Assembly (NCBI GenBank): GCA_938015655.1
Contig: CALLPP010000019.1
Coordinates: forward strand, 1 to 45,173
Source: an uncultured Algisphaera sp.
GTDB lineage: Bacteria > Planctomycetota > Phycisphaerae > Phycisphaerales > Phycisphaeraceae
Reading direction: 5' to 3'
DNA: 45,173 nucleotides
The notes beneath the pieces are model-generated. The model made no database searches and was not told the origin of the DNA. It worked only from the letters and a program-made list of their open reading frames with translations. The translations under genes were made by a program, and so were the position numbers. Positions 8,303 through 17,969 of this stretch are shown here, in pieces; the stretch's first letter is position 1, and the number at the start of each line of letters is the position of its first letter.

Positions 8303-9067
8303 ATGGCCCCCTGTCCCTTCGTGCGTTCGCGCACGGCGGCGGCCACGCGCCGCGCGTTTACCCTGATCGAGCTGCTGGTGGTCATCAGCATCATTGCGCT
8401 GCTGATCGGCCTGCTGCTGCCGGTGCTAGGCAACGCGCGGGAAACCGCGCGGCAAGCCCGCTGCCTCAGCAACACCCGCATGATGGCGTTGGCCTCGGTC
8501 AACTACGCCTTCGAGTTCGACGGCAACCTGCCGGGCGTGGGGTTTGGCGAAGGCGCCGGCACCCTGGATCCTCAAGGAGCGTGGCTGCGCACCCTCGCCG
8601 CCTTCGTCGATGCCCCCCTGCTCTACCGCTGCCCCAGTGACGAGAGCCCCTACTTCGACATCCCCTCGCCCACCAACGGCCGCATGCGGCAGGTCAGCTA
8701 CGGCCTGCCGTTCACGCTGGGGCACGCGGCGGGATTCGAGGCATTCCGCAACATCGACGCGATTCCCCGACCGGTGAAGACCATCTTCACCCTGGAGCTG
8801 GTCGAAGGCACCACCACCGACGACCGTCTGGGCTTCGTCAGCGCCGACCACGTCCACCCCGAGACCTGGTTCGGGGCGGTCCCCGGTGACGCGGGCGACG
8901 ACCTCATCCGCCGCCAGGTGGAGATCGAGCAGCACCTCGGCGCCGCCAACTACTCCTTCCTGGACGGCCACGCCGCGACGCTCACCCGTTCAGAAACTAT
9001 CGAAAACGTCGGCGGCTTCGTGCCCAACTGGCGTCCCAACCTTTACTGGCCTCAAGTCGCTCGTTGA
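8303..9067 (+). CDS. Prepilin-type N-terminal cleavage/methylation protein with H-X9-DG motif (DUF1559-like)
   Basis: RRA|[38 protein letters not shown] and [20 protein letters not shown] at 8292. Confidence 0.9.
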   Translation: MAPCPFVRSRTAAATRRAFTLIELLVVISIIALLIGLLLPVLGNARETARQARCLSNTRMMALASVNYAFEFDGNLPGVGFGEGAGTLDPQGAWLRTLAAFVDAPLLYRCPSDESPYFDIPSPTNGRMRQVSYGLPFTLGHAAGFEAFRNIDAIPRPVKTIFTLELVEGTTTDDRLGFVSADHVHPETWFGAVPGDAGDDLIRRQVEIEQHLGAANYSFLDGHAATLTRSETIENVGGFVPNWRPNLYWPQVAR

Positions 9068-9145
9068 ACGAGCACACCGAAGCCATTGATCTGAGTCGAC
9101 CTGCTTCCCCTTGTATTGACCTGTGAGAAAGACAAGTTTTTACCC

Positions 9146-9889
9146 ATGAAATTTTCCCCCACCTTGATCCTCGCCCCCGTCCTGGCCATTACGGCCGCGA
9201 ACCCCGCATTCGCCACCGAAGAAGAAGGCGAAGAAGAAGGCGTGCCCCACGTCGTCGTGGGGGCCCTCAATGACGCGCTCACACTAGACTTTGAGATCGT
9301 CGAACCCACCCCCGGCCTCACCGGCCCGGGCGGCACCGACCTGATCACGCTCTTCCTGCCCTCGGCCCAAGGCCAGCTGGCGATCCCGCCCTCGCCGCTC
9401 AGCGGCAACGTGTTCGCCAGCAACCCCGTGAGCGGGCTAGACAGCGGCTTCATCAACGACGACACCGGCTTCGAGAGCGAAGACCTGCCCACGGGCGCTG
9501 ACATCAATATCCGCCTGACTTCAGTGGATCTGGCCAGCGACGTGGATTTCTTTTTCTTGTTCGGATCGACCGTGCTGTCTAGCGCCGATCTGGACCTGAC
9601 CGGTTCGGGCCTGACCCAAGTTGACACCGCCGCCGCCGTGGGGCTGCCGGGCGATTCTGCATTCGACTTCCACCCCACCTTCACGCTCATCTCGTCCCTG
9701 GCCGACCCGGCCGACGTCGAAGGCACCTTCGTCTTCGAGCTCACCGACAGCGGAGCAGGACTGGCCCCCACTTCGTTCGCGCTGCGGCTAACCGCCGACT
9801 CCGCCGCCGCGATCGTCCCCGAGCCCGCCACCGCCGGTCTCCTGACCCTGGGCGGTCTGACCCTGGCCGTCCGCCGCCGCCGGGCCTAA
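9146..9889 (+). CDS. PEP-CTERM sorting-domain surface protein
   Basis: Sec signal MKFSPTLILAPVLAITAANPAFA, an acidic mature domain, and the C-terminal VPEP-ATAGLLTLGGLTLAV-RRRRA. Confidence 0.9.
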   Translation: MKFSPTLILAPVLAITAANPAFATEEEGEEEGVPHVVVGALNDALTLDFEIVEPTPGLTGPGGTDLITLFLPSAQGQLAIPPSPLSGNVFASNPVSGLDSGFINDDTGFESEDLPTGADINIRLTSVDLASDVDFFFLFGSTVLSSADLDLTGSGLTQVDTAAAVGLPGDSAFDFHPTFTLISSLADPADVEGTFVFELTDSGAGLAPTSFALRLTADSAAAIVPEPATAGLLTLGGLTLAVRRRRA

Positions 9890-9912
9890 ACCCCCGCGCG
9901 GACTTATCCTGA

Positions 9913-9948
9913 GCCTCCGGTCGCACCCCGCGACCCGAGGCCTTTTTT
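9913..9948 (+). terminator. Intrinsic terminator or attenuator after the PEP-CTERM gene
   Basis: GCCTC-c-GGTCGC-acccc-GCGACC-c-GAGGC stem followed by cTTTTTT. Confidence 0.6.
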
Positions 9949-9994
9949 CAACCGTCTCGTCACACCGCCGCTGTCCACCCGTTCGACTCACCCG

Positions 9995-11023
9995 ATGAAT
10001 CAAACCGCCCTCCTGACCGTTTACTGCGTCTTGGTGGTGCTCGCGTCGGTGGCCGGCGGCCTGGCGCCGATGCTCATCCGCCTCACCCACCGACGGCTGC
10101 AGCTGATCATCAGCCTCACCACCGGCTTCATGCTGGGCGTGGCCCTGCTGCTCATGACCCCCCACGCCATCGAGGCGGTCCCCGCCGAGCGGGCCATGCT
10201 CTGGCTGCTGGGCGGGTTTTTGGTCATGTTTTTCGTCCAGCGTTTCCTCAGCTTCCACACCCACGAGGTCGCCGAGCTCAACGCCGCGGGCGCCGTGGTC
10301 ACCACCCCCGAAGACCTCGCCCAGCACGACCACGACCGGCACACCTGCCACCACGACCACGCCGCGCCCCACACCATGGCCGGCGACACCCCGGGGTCGA
10401 AAATCTCCTGGGTCGGCGCGGCCGCGGGCATGGCCATCCACAGCGTCATCGACGGCGTGGCCCTGGCCGCCGCCGTGCTCGCCGCCCGCCCGCACGGCGA
10501 CGCCGCCGCGGCGCTGGCGGGAATCGGCGTCTTCGCCGTCGTGCTGCTGCACAAGCCCCTGGACGCGCTCACGGTGATCACCCTCACCGCCTCCAACGGC
10601 TTCAACCGGCTCGCCCGCCACCTGATCAACCTAGCCCTCGCCGCCATGGTGCCCGCGGGGGTGCTTGCTTTCGCCACGGGAGTTGGCGGCGACGCCCTGG
10701 GCCACGGCTCGGCCGTCATCGGCTACGCCCTGGCCTTCAGCGCCGGCACCTTCCTGTGTATCGCCCTCAGCGACCTGCTGCCCGAGCTGCAGTTTCACAA
10801 CCACGATCGGATCAAGCTCTCCACGGGCCTACTGTTGGGCGTGGCCATCGCCGCGGGCGTGGCCCACTTCGAACACCAGCTGCACAACCACGACCACGGA
10901 TACGACCACGGCGGCTGCGCCACGCACTGTGATCACGCCGGGCACCCCCCATCCCCCCCGACCGCGACCACCGACCCCCACGCCGGACACGACCACACCG
11001 ATCACCACGGTCACGACCACTGA
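9995..11023 (+). CDS. ZIP-family (ZupT-like) divalent metal transporter
   Basis: About 8 TM segments, HSVIDG and LHKPLD metal-site motifs, SDLLPEL, a His-rich loop and a His-rich C-terminal tail. Confidence 0.92.
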   Translation: MNQTALLTVYCVLVVLASVAGGLAPMLIRLTHRRLQLIISLTTGFMLGVALLLMTPHAIEAVPAERAMLWLLGGFLVMFFVQRFLSFHTHEVAELNAAGAVVTTPEDLAQHDHDRHTCHHDHAAPHTMAGDTPGSKISWVGAAAGMAIHSVIDGVALAAAVLAARPHGDAAAALAGIGVFAVVLLHKPLDALTVITLTASNGFNRLARHLINLALAAMVPAGVLAFATGVGGDALGHGSAVIGYALAFSAGTFLCIALSDLLPELQFHNHDRIKLSTGLLLGVAIAAGVAHFEHQLHNHDHGYDHGGCATHCDHAGHPPSPPTATTDPHAGHDHTDHHGHDH

Positions 11024-11178
11024 CCGAGTTTCGTTCAAAATCGCTCGGCCAAGCGAACACCCGCCGGCCGCACGCCACGTGGAATCCCGTCGTTTTTAAA
11101 TCGCCCCATCAGATGATCTGGTCGGCTACCGCCCATGGTTAGATCATGTGATGTCGCGCCCTAAAACGGCGCACCCTC

Positions 11179-12060
11179 TTACGCTCCCGGACGCTGCCAC
11201 ACCCGCACATAACGCACCCGGAACTCCCGGTCGGTGCGTTCGTCGGGCAGGGCCCCAAACCATTTGTTGGATTCGTTGTTGATGTTGATTTCCAGCGGCT
11301 GGTGCCAATGGGTGTTTTCCAGTTCCCGGAACAACACCCCGTCCAGGTAAAAACGGATGGTCCGAGCATCCCATTCCAGCCCCCAAACGTGGTAATCGTC
11401 CTTCAAATTGAACGGAACGCGGAACGTTTGGGAGCGGTCAAAATGCTCCGTCACACCGCCCTTGTCCGGGGGCGATCGGAACACGTGCAGATTGCTGTTG
11501 AGGGCGTGCCCCTGATCGCGATCGCCCTGGTCGGCCCGCACAATCGGGCAGTTCTCACAGATATCAATCTCGGTCCACCAGTCCCGCCCCACGTTGGTAA
11601 TCCAAAACCCCGACACCCAGGGCGCGTCCATCAGCTTCAGCTCGGCCTCCAGGTAGCCGTAGGTCAGCCGCTGCCGGCTTTTGATGAACCCCGCGGTGTG
11701 CGTAAAACGCGGCGGTAATTCTGCATCACCGTGCTGATTGATGCGTAAGACCAGTTCGCCGTCCGCCACGCTCACGTTGCTGCCGTGGAAGTAGGTGGGC
11801 GGGCGGCCCTTCCACTTGGGGTTGTTGGGGTACCACTTCTTGGTGTCTAGCCCGTCGCCCAAAAACTCATCGCTCAGATGGGTCTGGCGACTCCACCCCC
11901 GCGCGTTCTCTTGGTCCGAGAGGGGCCAGCGGTCCGTCGTCCGCTCGGGCGCCCGGCTGAAATCCACCAGCCTGCCCTGCGCTTCAGACGGCTTGGTCTG
12001 AGCCGCAGCCGGAGTAAAACCAACAATTACAATAAGCAAGGCAGCAAACAAACGAATCAC
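11179..12060 (-). CDS. Secreted glycoside hydrolase family 16 (agarase/porphyranase/carrageenase-like)
   Basis: Signal peptide, SDEFLG..LD..KW, catalytic WTEIDICE, YHVWGLEW and FYLDG. GGAG RBS upstream. Confidence 0.88.
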   Translation of the reverse strand: MIRLFAALLIVIVGFTPAAAQTKPSEAQGRLVDFSRAPERTTDRWPLSDQENARGWSRQTHLSDEFLGDGLDTKKWYPNNPKWKGRPPTYFHGSNVSVADGELVLRINQHGDAELPPRFTHTAGFIKSRQRLTYGYLEAELKLMDAPWVSGFWITNVGRDWWTEIDICENCPIVRADQGDRDQGHALNSNLHVFRSPPDKGGVTEHFDRSQTFRVPFNLKDDYHVWGLEWDARTIRFYLDGVLFRELENTHWHQPLEININNESNKWFGALPDERTDREFRVRYVRVWQRPGA

Positions 12061-12129
12061 CGGTGATCTCCGTGAGGGGGCGAACGGCCCACTGTAGACA
12101 CCGCGTCGCCCTTGCCGCCCACAAAGTCA

Positions 12130-13635
12130 TCAGGTCGCCAAGACCATCACCACGCCCACCGCCACCAGGCAGGCGTAAGACATCTTGTCGCCGATCGCAA
12201 ACGCAATGGGGTCTTCATTCAGCTCCCCCCGGAACGCCAGGAACCAAACCCGCAGGATCCAAACCAGAAACAGTGGCAGCAGCGCCCACAGTGCGTCCGG
12301 GCGTCGGTAAAGCATCTGCGCCAGATCGCTCTGGATGTAGAGCGCCAGCACCAGCGTGGCCGCCATGCCCGCGGAAGGGCCCACATTGCCGATCAGCGGC
12401 AGGTCTTCGGTGCGGTAGCCCCGCCGCGCGTTGGTGCTCTGGTTTTTAAGCGACGCGCGCTTCAACTCGGTGTAACGCTTCACAAATGCCAGGCTCAGGA
12501 AAACAAACGAGCTGAACGCGATGAGCCAGGGCGACAGCGGGATATCGACCGCCACCCCGCCGGCCATCATCCGGTGGGTGTACAGCCAGGCCAGCACCAG
12601 CACGTCGATCAGCAAACGCCGCTTGAGCACAAACGAATAGGCCGTGGTGAGCACCAGGTACACCAGCAACCAAGCCAGGAACGCCGGCCCGCCCGCGGCC
12701 AGCCCCAACACCACCGCGCCCGCCAACAGGCCACCGGTGGCGGCCACCGCCACGGGAATCTTTACGTTGCCTGCGGCCAGCGGGCGTTTGCGCTTGCGGG
12801 GGTGCTGGCGATCGCTTTCGATATCCACCAGGTCGTTAACGATGTACACCGACGACGCGGCCGCGCTGAAGGCCAAGAAGCCGAGAAACGCGGCCAGCAG
12901 CAGCCCCGGGTCGCCAAGCTGATGGCCGACAATCAGCGGCACGAACAGCAGTGCGTTTTTGGCCCACTGGTGCGGGCGTAGCAGCTTGATCAACGCCCGC
13001 CCGCGTGACGGCCGCTCCTTGCCCGCCAGGTCGCGCCCGCGGCCCTCGAACACCCGCTCGACCTTCCCCGCCGCTTCGGCGGCCTGCGCCAGCGCCACGG
13101 TCGGTTCCACCAGCACGATCCGCCGGCAGGCATCAACCAGCGGCAGGTCGGCGTCCGAATCCCCCGCGTAGTCAAACACCTCGCCCACCCGCTCACGGAT
13201 CGCTTCCACCTTGGACGCGCTGCGCCGGTTGTGCGTGGCGTCGCTGCCAATGACCTGATCAAACAAACCCAGATGGTCGGCGACCGCTTGGGCATATTTT
13301 TCGTGGCTTGCCGTCGCCAACACCAGCGGGCGCCCCGCGGCCTTCTGTTCACGCAACCAGTCCAGAACCTCCGCACGGTAGGGCAGAGACGCCGCATCCA
13401 GGTCCGCTTCCTGGGCAATCCGGTGCTTCAAGGCCGCCTTGCCTTGCTTCAACCACCCGGGCAGCGCGAAGGCCCGCAGCGGGCGGTCGCCCAGCAAGGC
13501 AAAGACCGACTCGTGCAGCAGATCACTGCTGATCAGTGTGCCGTCCAGGTCCACGCACAGGGGCACCTGGTCAGACGCAACCGCTGAGGGCTTTTGGGCA
13601 GGGTCGTCGTTGTGGGGGGGGGGCAAAGAGGCCAT
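12130..13635 (-). CDS. HAD-UbiA fusion; decaprenyl-phosphate phosphoribosyltransferase-like
   Basis: N-terminal HAD (VDLDGTL, ATAS, GDSDAD). C-terminal UbiA with RPHQWAKN, NDLVDIESDRQHPRKRKRP, KRYTE and EDP. Confidence 0.88.
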   Translation of the reverse strand: MASLPPPHNDDPAQKPSAVASDQVPLCVDLDGTLISSDLLHESVFALLGDRPLRAFALPGWLKQGKAALKHRIAQEADLDAASLPYRAEVLDWLREQKAAGRPLVLATASHEKYAQAVADHLGLFDQVIGSDATHNRRSASKVEAIRERVGEVFDYAGDSDADLPLVDACRRIVLVEPTVALAQAAEAAGKVERVFEGRGRDLAGKERPSRGRALIKLLRPHQWAKNALLFVPLIVGHQLGDPGLLLAAFLGFLAFSAAASSVYIVNDLVDIESDRQHPRKRKRPLAAGNVKIPVAVAATGGLLAGAVVLGLAAGGPAFLAWLLVYLVLTTAYSFVLKRRLLIDVLVLAWLYTHRMMAGGVAVDIPLSPWLIAFSSFVFLSLAFVKRYTELKRASLKNQSTNARRGYRTEDLPLIGNVGPSAGMAATLVLALYIQSDLAQMLYRRPDALWALLPLFLVWILRVWFLAFRGELNEDPIAFAIGDKMSYACLVAVGVVMVLAT

Positions 13636-13675
13636 CGCAGGTGTTCTTCAAGGTCGGCTAACGGCCGGGGATATT

Positions 13676-15076
13676 TTAGTTGCCATCGGACAAAGACCGA
13701 CCCGGTTCCACCGCTTCGTGGGCGTGGCGCCGCGCGATCAGCCACTGGGCCAAAGCCAGTACTGGGACCGACGCGAAAGCTGCGATGAACGGCACGTTGG
13801 GGTAGTGATAACGGTCTTGCACCACGATCACGGCGTGAACCGCGGTGAAATAGCCCCAAAACACCCAGGCCGGGTGAAGCCACACCCGCCAGAAGCCGCT
13901 GCGCCGCATCAGCACGACCACCCCGACCAGAGAACTCCCCAGCACCAGCAGCCAGTACCCCGTGCCCACCACCTTCAGCCCCGTGACGGCCTGAGGTCCA
14001 AACAAACGCTCGATCGCAGTGACGTTCCAATAGACAAAAATCGCTTCGCTCGCGTGCAAGGTGACAATTTTTCGCAGCGTGCGGGTGACGAAGGCCACAG
14101 GCTCCGCGCGGATGTAGTCCTTCGCCGCCTTTTTCAGATAGACATCACGATCCAGCTCACTCATCCCGTCGGTTTCGGGAGGCAGCAACGCGTATTGACC
14201 GTTGGTGCCCGGGTGGTTGCCCATCCACATATTGGCCCCCGCATTCATCGACACCAACGCGGGCGCTCCCATCACCCGGGCATTGCGCAGCGTCCAGGGC
14301 GACAAAAGCCCAAACATCACCGCGCTTGCGGCCAGGGCCGCCACCACCGGGCGCCACCAGCCGGTGGCCCGCCGCTCGGTATCGGCCGCGGAACCGGCTT
14401 CCGCCGGCTCGCGCCATTTCAACCAACCGTCAAACCACGTCACCATCACCAACACGATGGGCAGCAGCATCGCCACGGGTCGCACATAGCAGGTGGCCGC
14501 CAGCAGCACGCCGCTCAGCAAGGCGCGGCTCCACCACGCCCAGCTCCACCGCGTCCAGACCAAAAGGGTAAGCAGCACCCCCAGATTGAACCACAGCTCG
14601 CTGGCGATCGCGGTAACAAAACCAAACTGTCCCGGCCAGAGCGCCAAGAGCAGCCCTGCCACCGTGCCGTGCTGGGGCGACAACCACTCAGAGGTCAGCC
14701 GCATGGTGACGGCAATCCCCGCCAAAGCGATCAAAATATTGAGCACCACCACCGGAACGTAGGTGTGTCCAAAAATCGTATAGAGCAGAGCCACCACCGC
14801 CGGCGTGCCTACCGCCCAGTAAGCAGAGGGGGCAACTTCTTTCCCCGCCGCCAGCGTGACTTCCGGCGTAGGATCCAGGGAGTACCCGTGGCCCGCCGCG
14901 ATGTTCTGGGCCGAAATGTCATACGCATTGGAGTCCGACAGCGGTTCCACCGGCACGATCAAGGCCCAGAGCACACGCACAACCAGTGCCAGCAGCAACA
15001 CCCAGCCCGCACGCGGGCAGCCCAACACCCCCAGGCGACCGGGCACAGCGGTCGATGTCGAGCGAAACATGTTCAC
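13676..15076 (-). CDS. GT-C fold (ArnT/PMT-like, GT39/GT83-type) membrane glycosyltransferase
   Basis: Multi-TM. SDSNAY in the first loop, ASE, YVRP, PWTLRN...NAGANMWMGN and QDRYHYP. Start is GTG 15076 or ATG 15070. Confidence 0.8.
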   Translation of the reverse strand: MNMFRSTSTAVPGRLGVLGCPRAGWVLLLALVVRVLWALIVPVEPLSDSNAYDISAQNIAAGHGYSLDPTPEVTLAAGKEVAPSAYWAVGTPAVVALLYTIFGHTYVPVVVLNILIALAGIAVTMRLTSEWLSPQHGTVAGLLLALWPGQFGFVTAIASELWFNLGVLLTLLVWTRWSWAWWSRALLSGVLLAATCYVRPVAMLLPIVLVMVTWFDGWLKWREPAEAGSAADTERRATGWWRPVVAALAASAVMFGLLSPWTLRNARVMGAPALVSMNAGANMWMGNHPGTNGQYALLPPETDGMSELDRDVYLKKAAKDYIRAEPVAFVTRTLRKIVTLHASEAIFVYWNVTAIERLFGPQAVTGLKVVGTGYWLLVLGSSLVGVVVLMRRSGFWRVWLHPAWVFWGYFTAVHAVIVVQDRYHYPNVPFIAAFASVPVLALAQWLIARRHAHEAVEPGRSLSDGN

Positions 15077-15230
15077 AAGCGTTACTCACGGGGGAGGTAC
15101 TGATTTGACGCGCAGGCCGCGACTTTATCGCCGTTCCCGCGTGGAAATCGTCAAGATTGGTCGTCGGCTTGTGTTCAATCGGTGGGTTGGAGCGATCTCC
15201 TCGCACCGCGGTGTTTAACCTGGGCGGCAC

Positions 15231-16646
15231 ATGGACGCATCCGCCCCGCCACCAAACCCCGCCGTGACCGCCTCTTCGAACGCTCCCGCGAACTCGGCGG
15301 TCCAGCAACCCACCGACCCCAACCGGCCCAACGTGGTGGTTATCGGAGCGGGCTTTGCCGGACTCGCGTTCTGCAAACACTTCCGCGGGCGGCCCGGCAA
15401 CGCCGAGGTAGTGCTGATCGACCGGCAGAACCACCACGTGTTTCAACCGCTGCTATACCAGGTGGCCATGGCGGCGCTCTCGGCTACCGACATCGCTGCG
15501 CCCGTCCGCTCGGTGGTGGCCCGGCGGCCGGACATCACCAGCCTCATGGCCCGGGTCACCGGCATCGACCCGGAGCAAAAACAGGTGTTCACCACCGAAG
15601 GCACGGTGGACTACGACCACCTGGTACTGGCGGCCGGGGGCCGGACCAGCTACTTCGGTAACGAGCACTGGGAGCCCTACGCCCCGGGGCTTAAGACCCT
15701 GGACGATGCGCTGCGCATACGGCGCAACGTACTCACCGCCTTCGAGCGGGCCGAGACCACGCTCGACACCCGCGAGCAGGCCCGGCTGATGACCATCGTC
15801 GTGGTCGGCGGGGGCCCCACCGGCGTCGAGCTCGCGGGCTCGATGGCCGAGCTGATCCACCGGGTCTTCCGGCGCGACTTCCGGCGCATCGACCCCGCCA
15901 CGGCCCGGGTGATCCTGATCGAAAGCAACCCCCGACTGCTGAAGGTGTATCCCGAATCGCTCTCGCGCAAGGCCTTGCGGCAGCTGGAAACCCTGGGCGT
16001 GGAGGTACGGCTGGGCGTGCGGGTATCTGATGTACAGGCCGATGCGGTCGAACTGAACGACGGCACCCGCATCGAGACGCGCAACGTGCTGTGGGGCGCC
16101 GGCGTCGCGGCCAGCCCGCTGACCGAGGCGTTTCCCGATGCTCCGCGCGACCGTGGCGGCCGGATCGAGGTGTTGCCAGACCTCAGCGTGCCCGGCCACC
16201 CCGAGGTGTTCGCCGTCGGCGACCTCATCCGTCTGACCGACCCCGACGGCCAGCCGGTGCCCGGCGTCGCCCCCGCGGCCATCCAAAGCGGCAAGCACGC
16301 AGCCAAACTGATCGCCGCCGAGCTGGCCCGCGGGCCCCGCCCCCCGGCCCAACGCCCGGCGTTCAACTACCGCGACAAGGGGTCGATGGCGACCATCGGC
16401 CGCCGCCGCGCCGTGGCCTGGATCGGGAAGCTGCGCTTCGGCGGGTCGCTGGCCTGGCTCGCTTGGCTCGGAATACACCTGATGTTTTTGGTCACTTTCC
16501 GAAGCAAGCTCAGCGTACTGGTCCAGTGGTGCTACGCCTACCTCACCTTCGGCCGCGGGGCACGAATCATCACCCCCACCCCGTCAAGCCGAAAAGAAAA
16601 CCGCCCGCCCTCCATCGCATCGGCCGCGGCCGCCGACGGCTCATAA
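15231..16646 (+). CDS. ndh: Type II NADH:quinone oxidoreductase
   Basis: GAGFAG, FQPLLYQVA, GGGPTGVELAG, AVGD, PGVAPAAIQSG and DKGSMATIGR motifs. Confidence 0.9.
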   Translation: MDASAPPPNPAVTASSNAPANSAVQQPTDPNRPNVVVIGAGFAGLAFCKHFRGRPGNAEVVLIDRQNHHVFQPLLYQVAMAALSATDIAAPVRSVVARRPDITSLMARVTGIDPEQKQVFTTEGTVDYDHLVLAAGGRTSYFGNEHWEPYAPGLKTLDDALRIRRNVLTAFERAETTLDTREQARLMTIVVVGGGPTGVELAGSMAELIHRVFRRDFRRIDPATARVILIESNPRLLKVYPESLSRKALRQLETLGVEVRLGVRVSDVQADAVELNDGTRIETRNVLWGAGVAASPLTEAFPDAPRDRGGRIEVLPDLSVPGHPEVFAVGDLIRLTDPDGQPVPGVAPAAIQSGKHAAKLIAAELARGPRPPAQRPAFNYRDKGSMATIGRRRAVAWIGKLRFGGSLAWLAWLGIHLMFLVTFRSKLSVLVQWCYAYLTFGRGARIITPTPSSRKENRPPSIASAAAADGS

Positions 16647-16739
16647 GCTCCGCCGGCCAATCGGTAAACTCACGGCCGTCCGTGTTCCGGTGAAGCCCAG
16701 GCGTTTCACCACCGCATCCGCCAGCCCCCGGCAACCCGC

Positions 16740-17948
16740 ATGACCGTCGTCAACCTCTACCTCCAAATGCATCAGCCCTACCGGCTGCGCGGGTTCAGCG
16801 CTTACGAAAACGACCACCGCTACTTCGACGATCATCAAAACCAAGAAATCCTCCGCCGCATCACCCTGCGCTGCTACCGGCCCGTCACCCGTTTGCTATT
16901 GGACGCGGTGAATCAACACGCCGGGGCGTTCCGCTTCGCACTGTCCATCACCGGCACGCTCACCGAGCAGCTTGCGCACAGCGCCCCGGACGTACTGGAG
17001 AACCTGCGCCGCTTGGCCGAAACCGGCTGCGTCGAATTCCTCGCCGAAACTTACCACCATGACCTGAGTGGGATCATGGACCCGGCCGCCTTCCCCGCCG
17101 AGCTGGCGGACCACAGCGCCATGATCGAAGAATACTTCGGGCAACAGCCGGTGGTGGTTCGCAACACCGAGCTGCTTTACAACGACGCCTTGGCCCAAAT
17201 CATCGACGACCAAGCCCGCTACCGGGGCGTGCTCACCGAGGGTGCCGACCACGTCTTGTGCGGACGTCCGGCGGGCCGGGTGTACACCTCCCCCACCGGC
17301 CTGCCGGTCATGCTCAAACACCACGTGTTCAGCGACGACATCGCATTTCGTTTTGGCAACCCCGCCTCGCGCCCCACCGCAGCGGCCTACGCCGCCCGCA
17401 TCACCGCCCCGGGCACCGCGTGGCGGGGGCGCGAGCACCCCCCCCGCGACGAAGAAACACCCCCGCCGCTACGCAACCTCTTTATGGACTTTGAAACCTT
17501 CGGAGAACACCACAGCGAAGACACCGGCATCCTACGCTTCCTACACCGGCTTCCGGCCGAGGTGCTAGAGCTGGGACACCGCTTCCTCACCCCGCGCGAA
17601 ATCCTCGACGAATTTGACCCCGAAGCGTTGTTTTCCTCCCCACAGACCATCAGCTGGGCCGACACCAACCGCGACGAGTCCGCATGGCTGGGCAATGCGC
17701 TTCAGCGTTCGGCTGCCGAGATGCTCTACGGCTTCGCCGAAACGGTACACGCCCACGGCGACTCCGATCTGCGGCGCGACTGGGGCCGGCTCGCCACTTC
17801 CGACCACCTCTACTACATGAGTACGAAGGGGATGGACGACGGCGCCGTCCACCGCTACTTCAGTCCTTACGAATCACCCTACGACGCGTACGTCAACTTC
17901 ATGAACGTGCTGGAGGCCCTGCGCCAGCGCCTGCCCCAAGGCGCCTGA
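16740..17948 (+). CDS. Glycoside hydrolase family 57 (alpha-amylase-like)
   Basis: HQPYRL, ETYHH, RNTEL, SDDIAFRF, MDFETFGEH, SWAD and TSDHLYYM. Confidence 0.9.
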   Translation: MTVVNLYLQMHQPYRLRGFSAYENDHRYFDDHQNQEILRRITLRCYRPVTRLLLDAVNQHAGAFRFALSITGTLTEQLAHSAPDVLENLRRLAETGCVEFLAETYHHDLSGIMDPAAFPAELADHSAMIEEYFGQQPVVVRNTELLYNDALAQIIDDQARYRGVLTEGADHVLCGRPAGRVYTSPTGLPVMLKHHVFSDDIAFRFGNPASRPTAAAYAARITAPGTAWRGREHPPRDEETPPPLRNLFMDFETFGEHHSEDTGILRFLHRLPAEVLELGHRFLTPREILDEFDPEALFSSPQTISWADTNRDESAWLGNALQRSAAEMLYGFAETVHAHGDSDLRRDWGRLATSDHLYYMSTKGMDDGAVHRYFSPYESPYDAYVNFMNVLEALRQRLPQGA

Positions 17949-17969
17949 CCGGCGCGAACGGCCCGCGGG

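Noticed and set aside
13439-15103. 554-aa plus-strand ORF
   Set aside because: Antisense shadow of the GT-C gene, with H/Q/R-rich composition and no motif.
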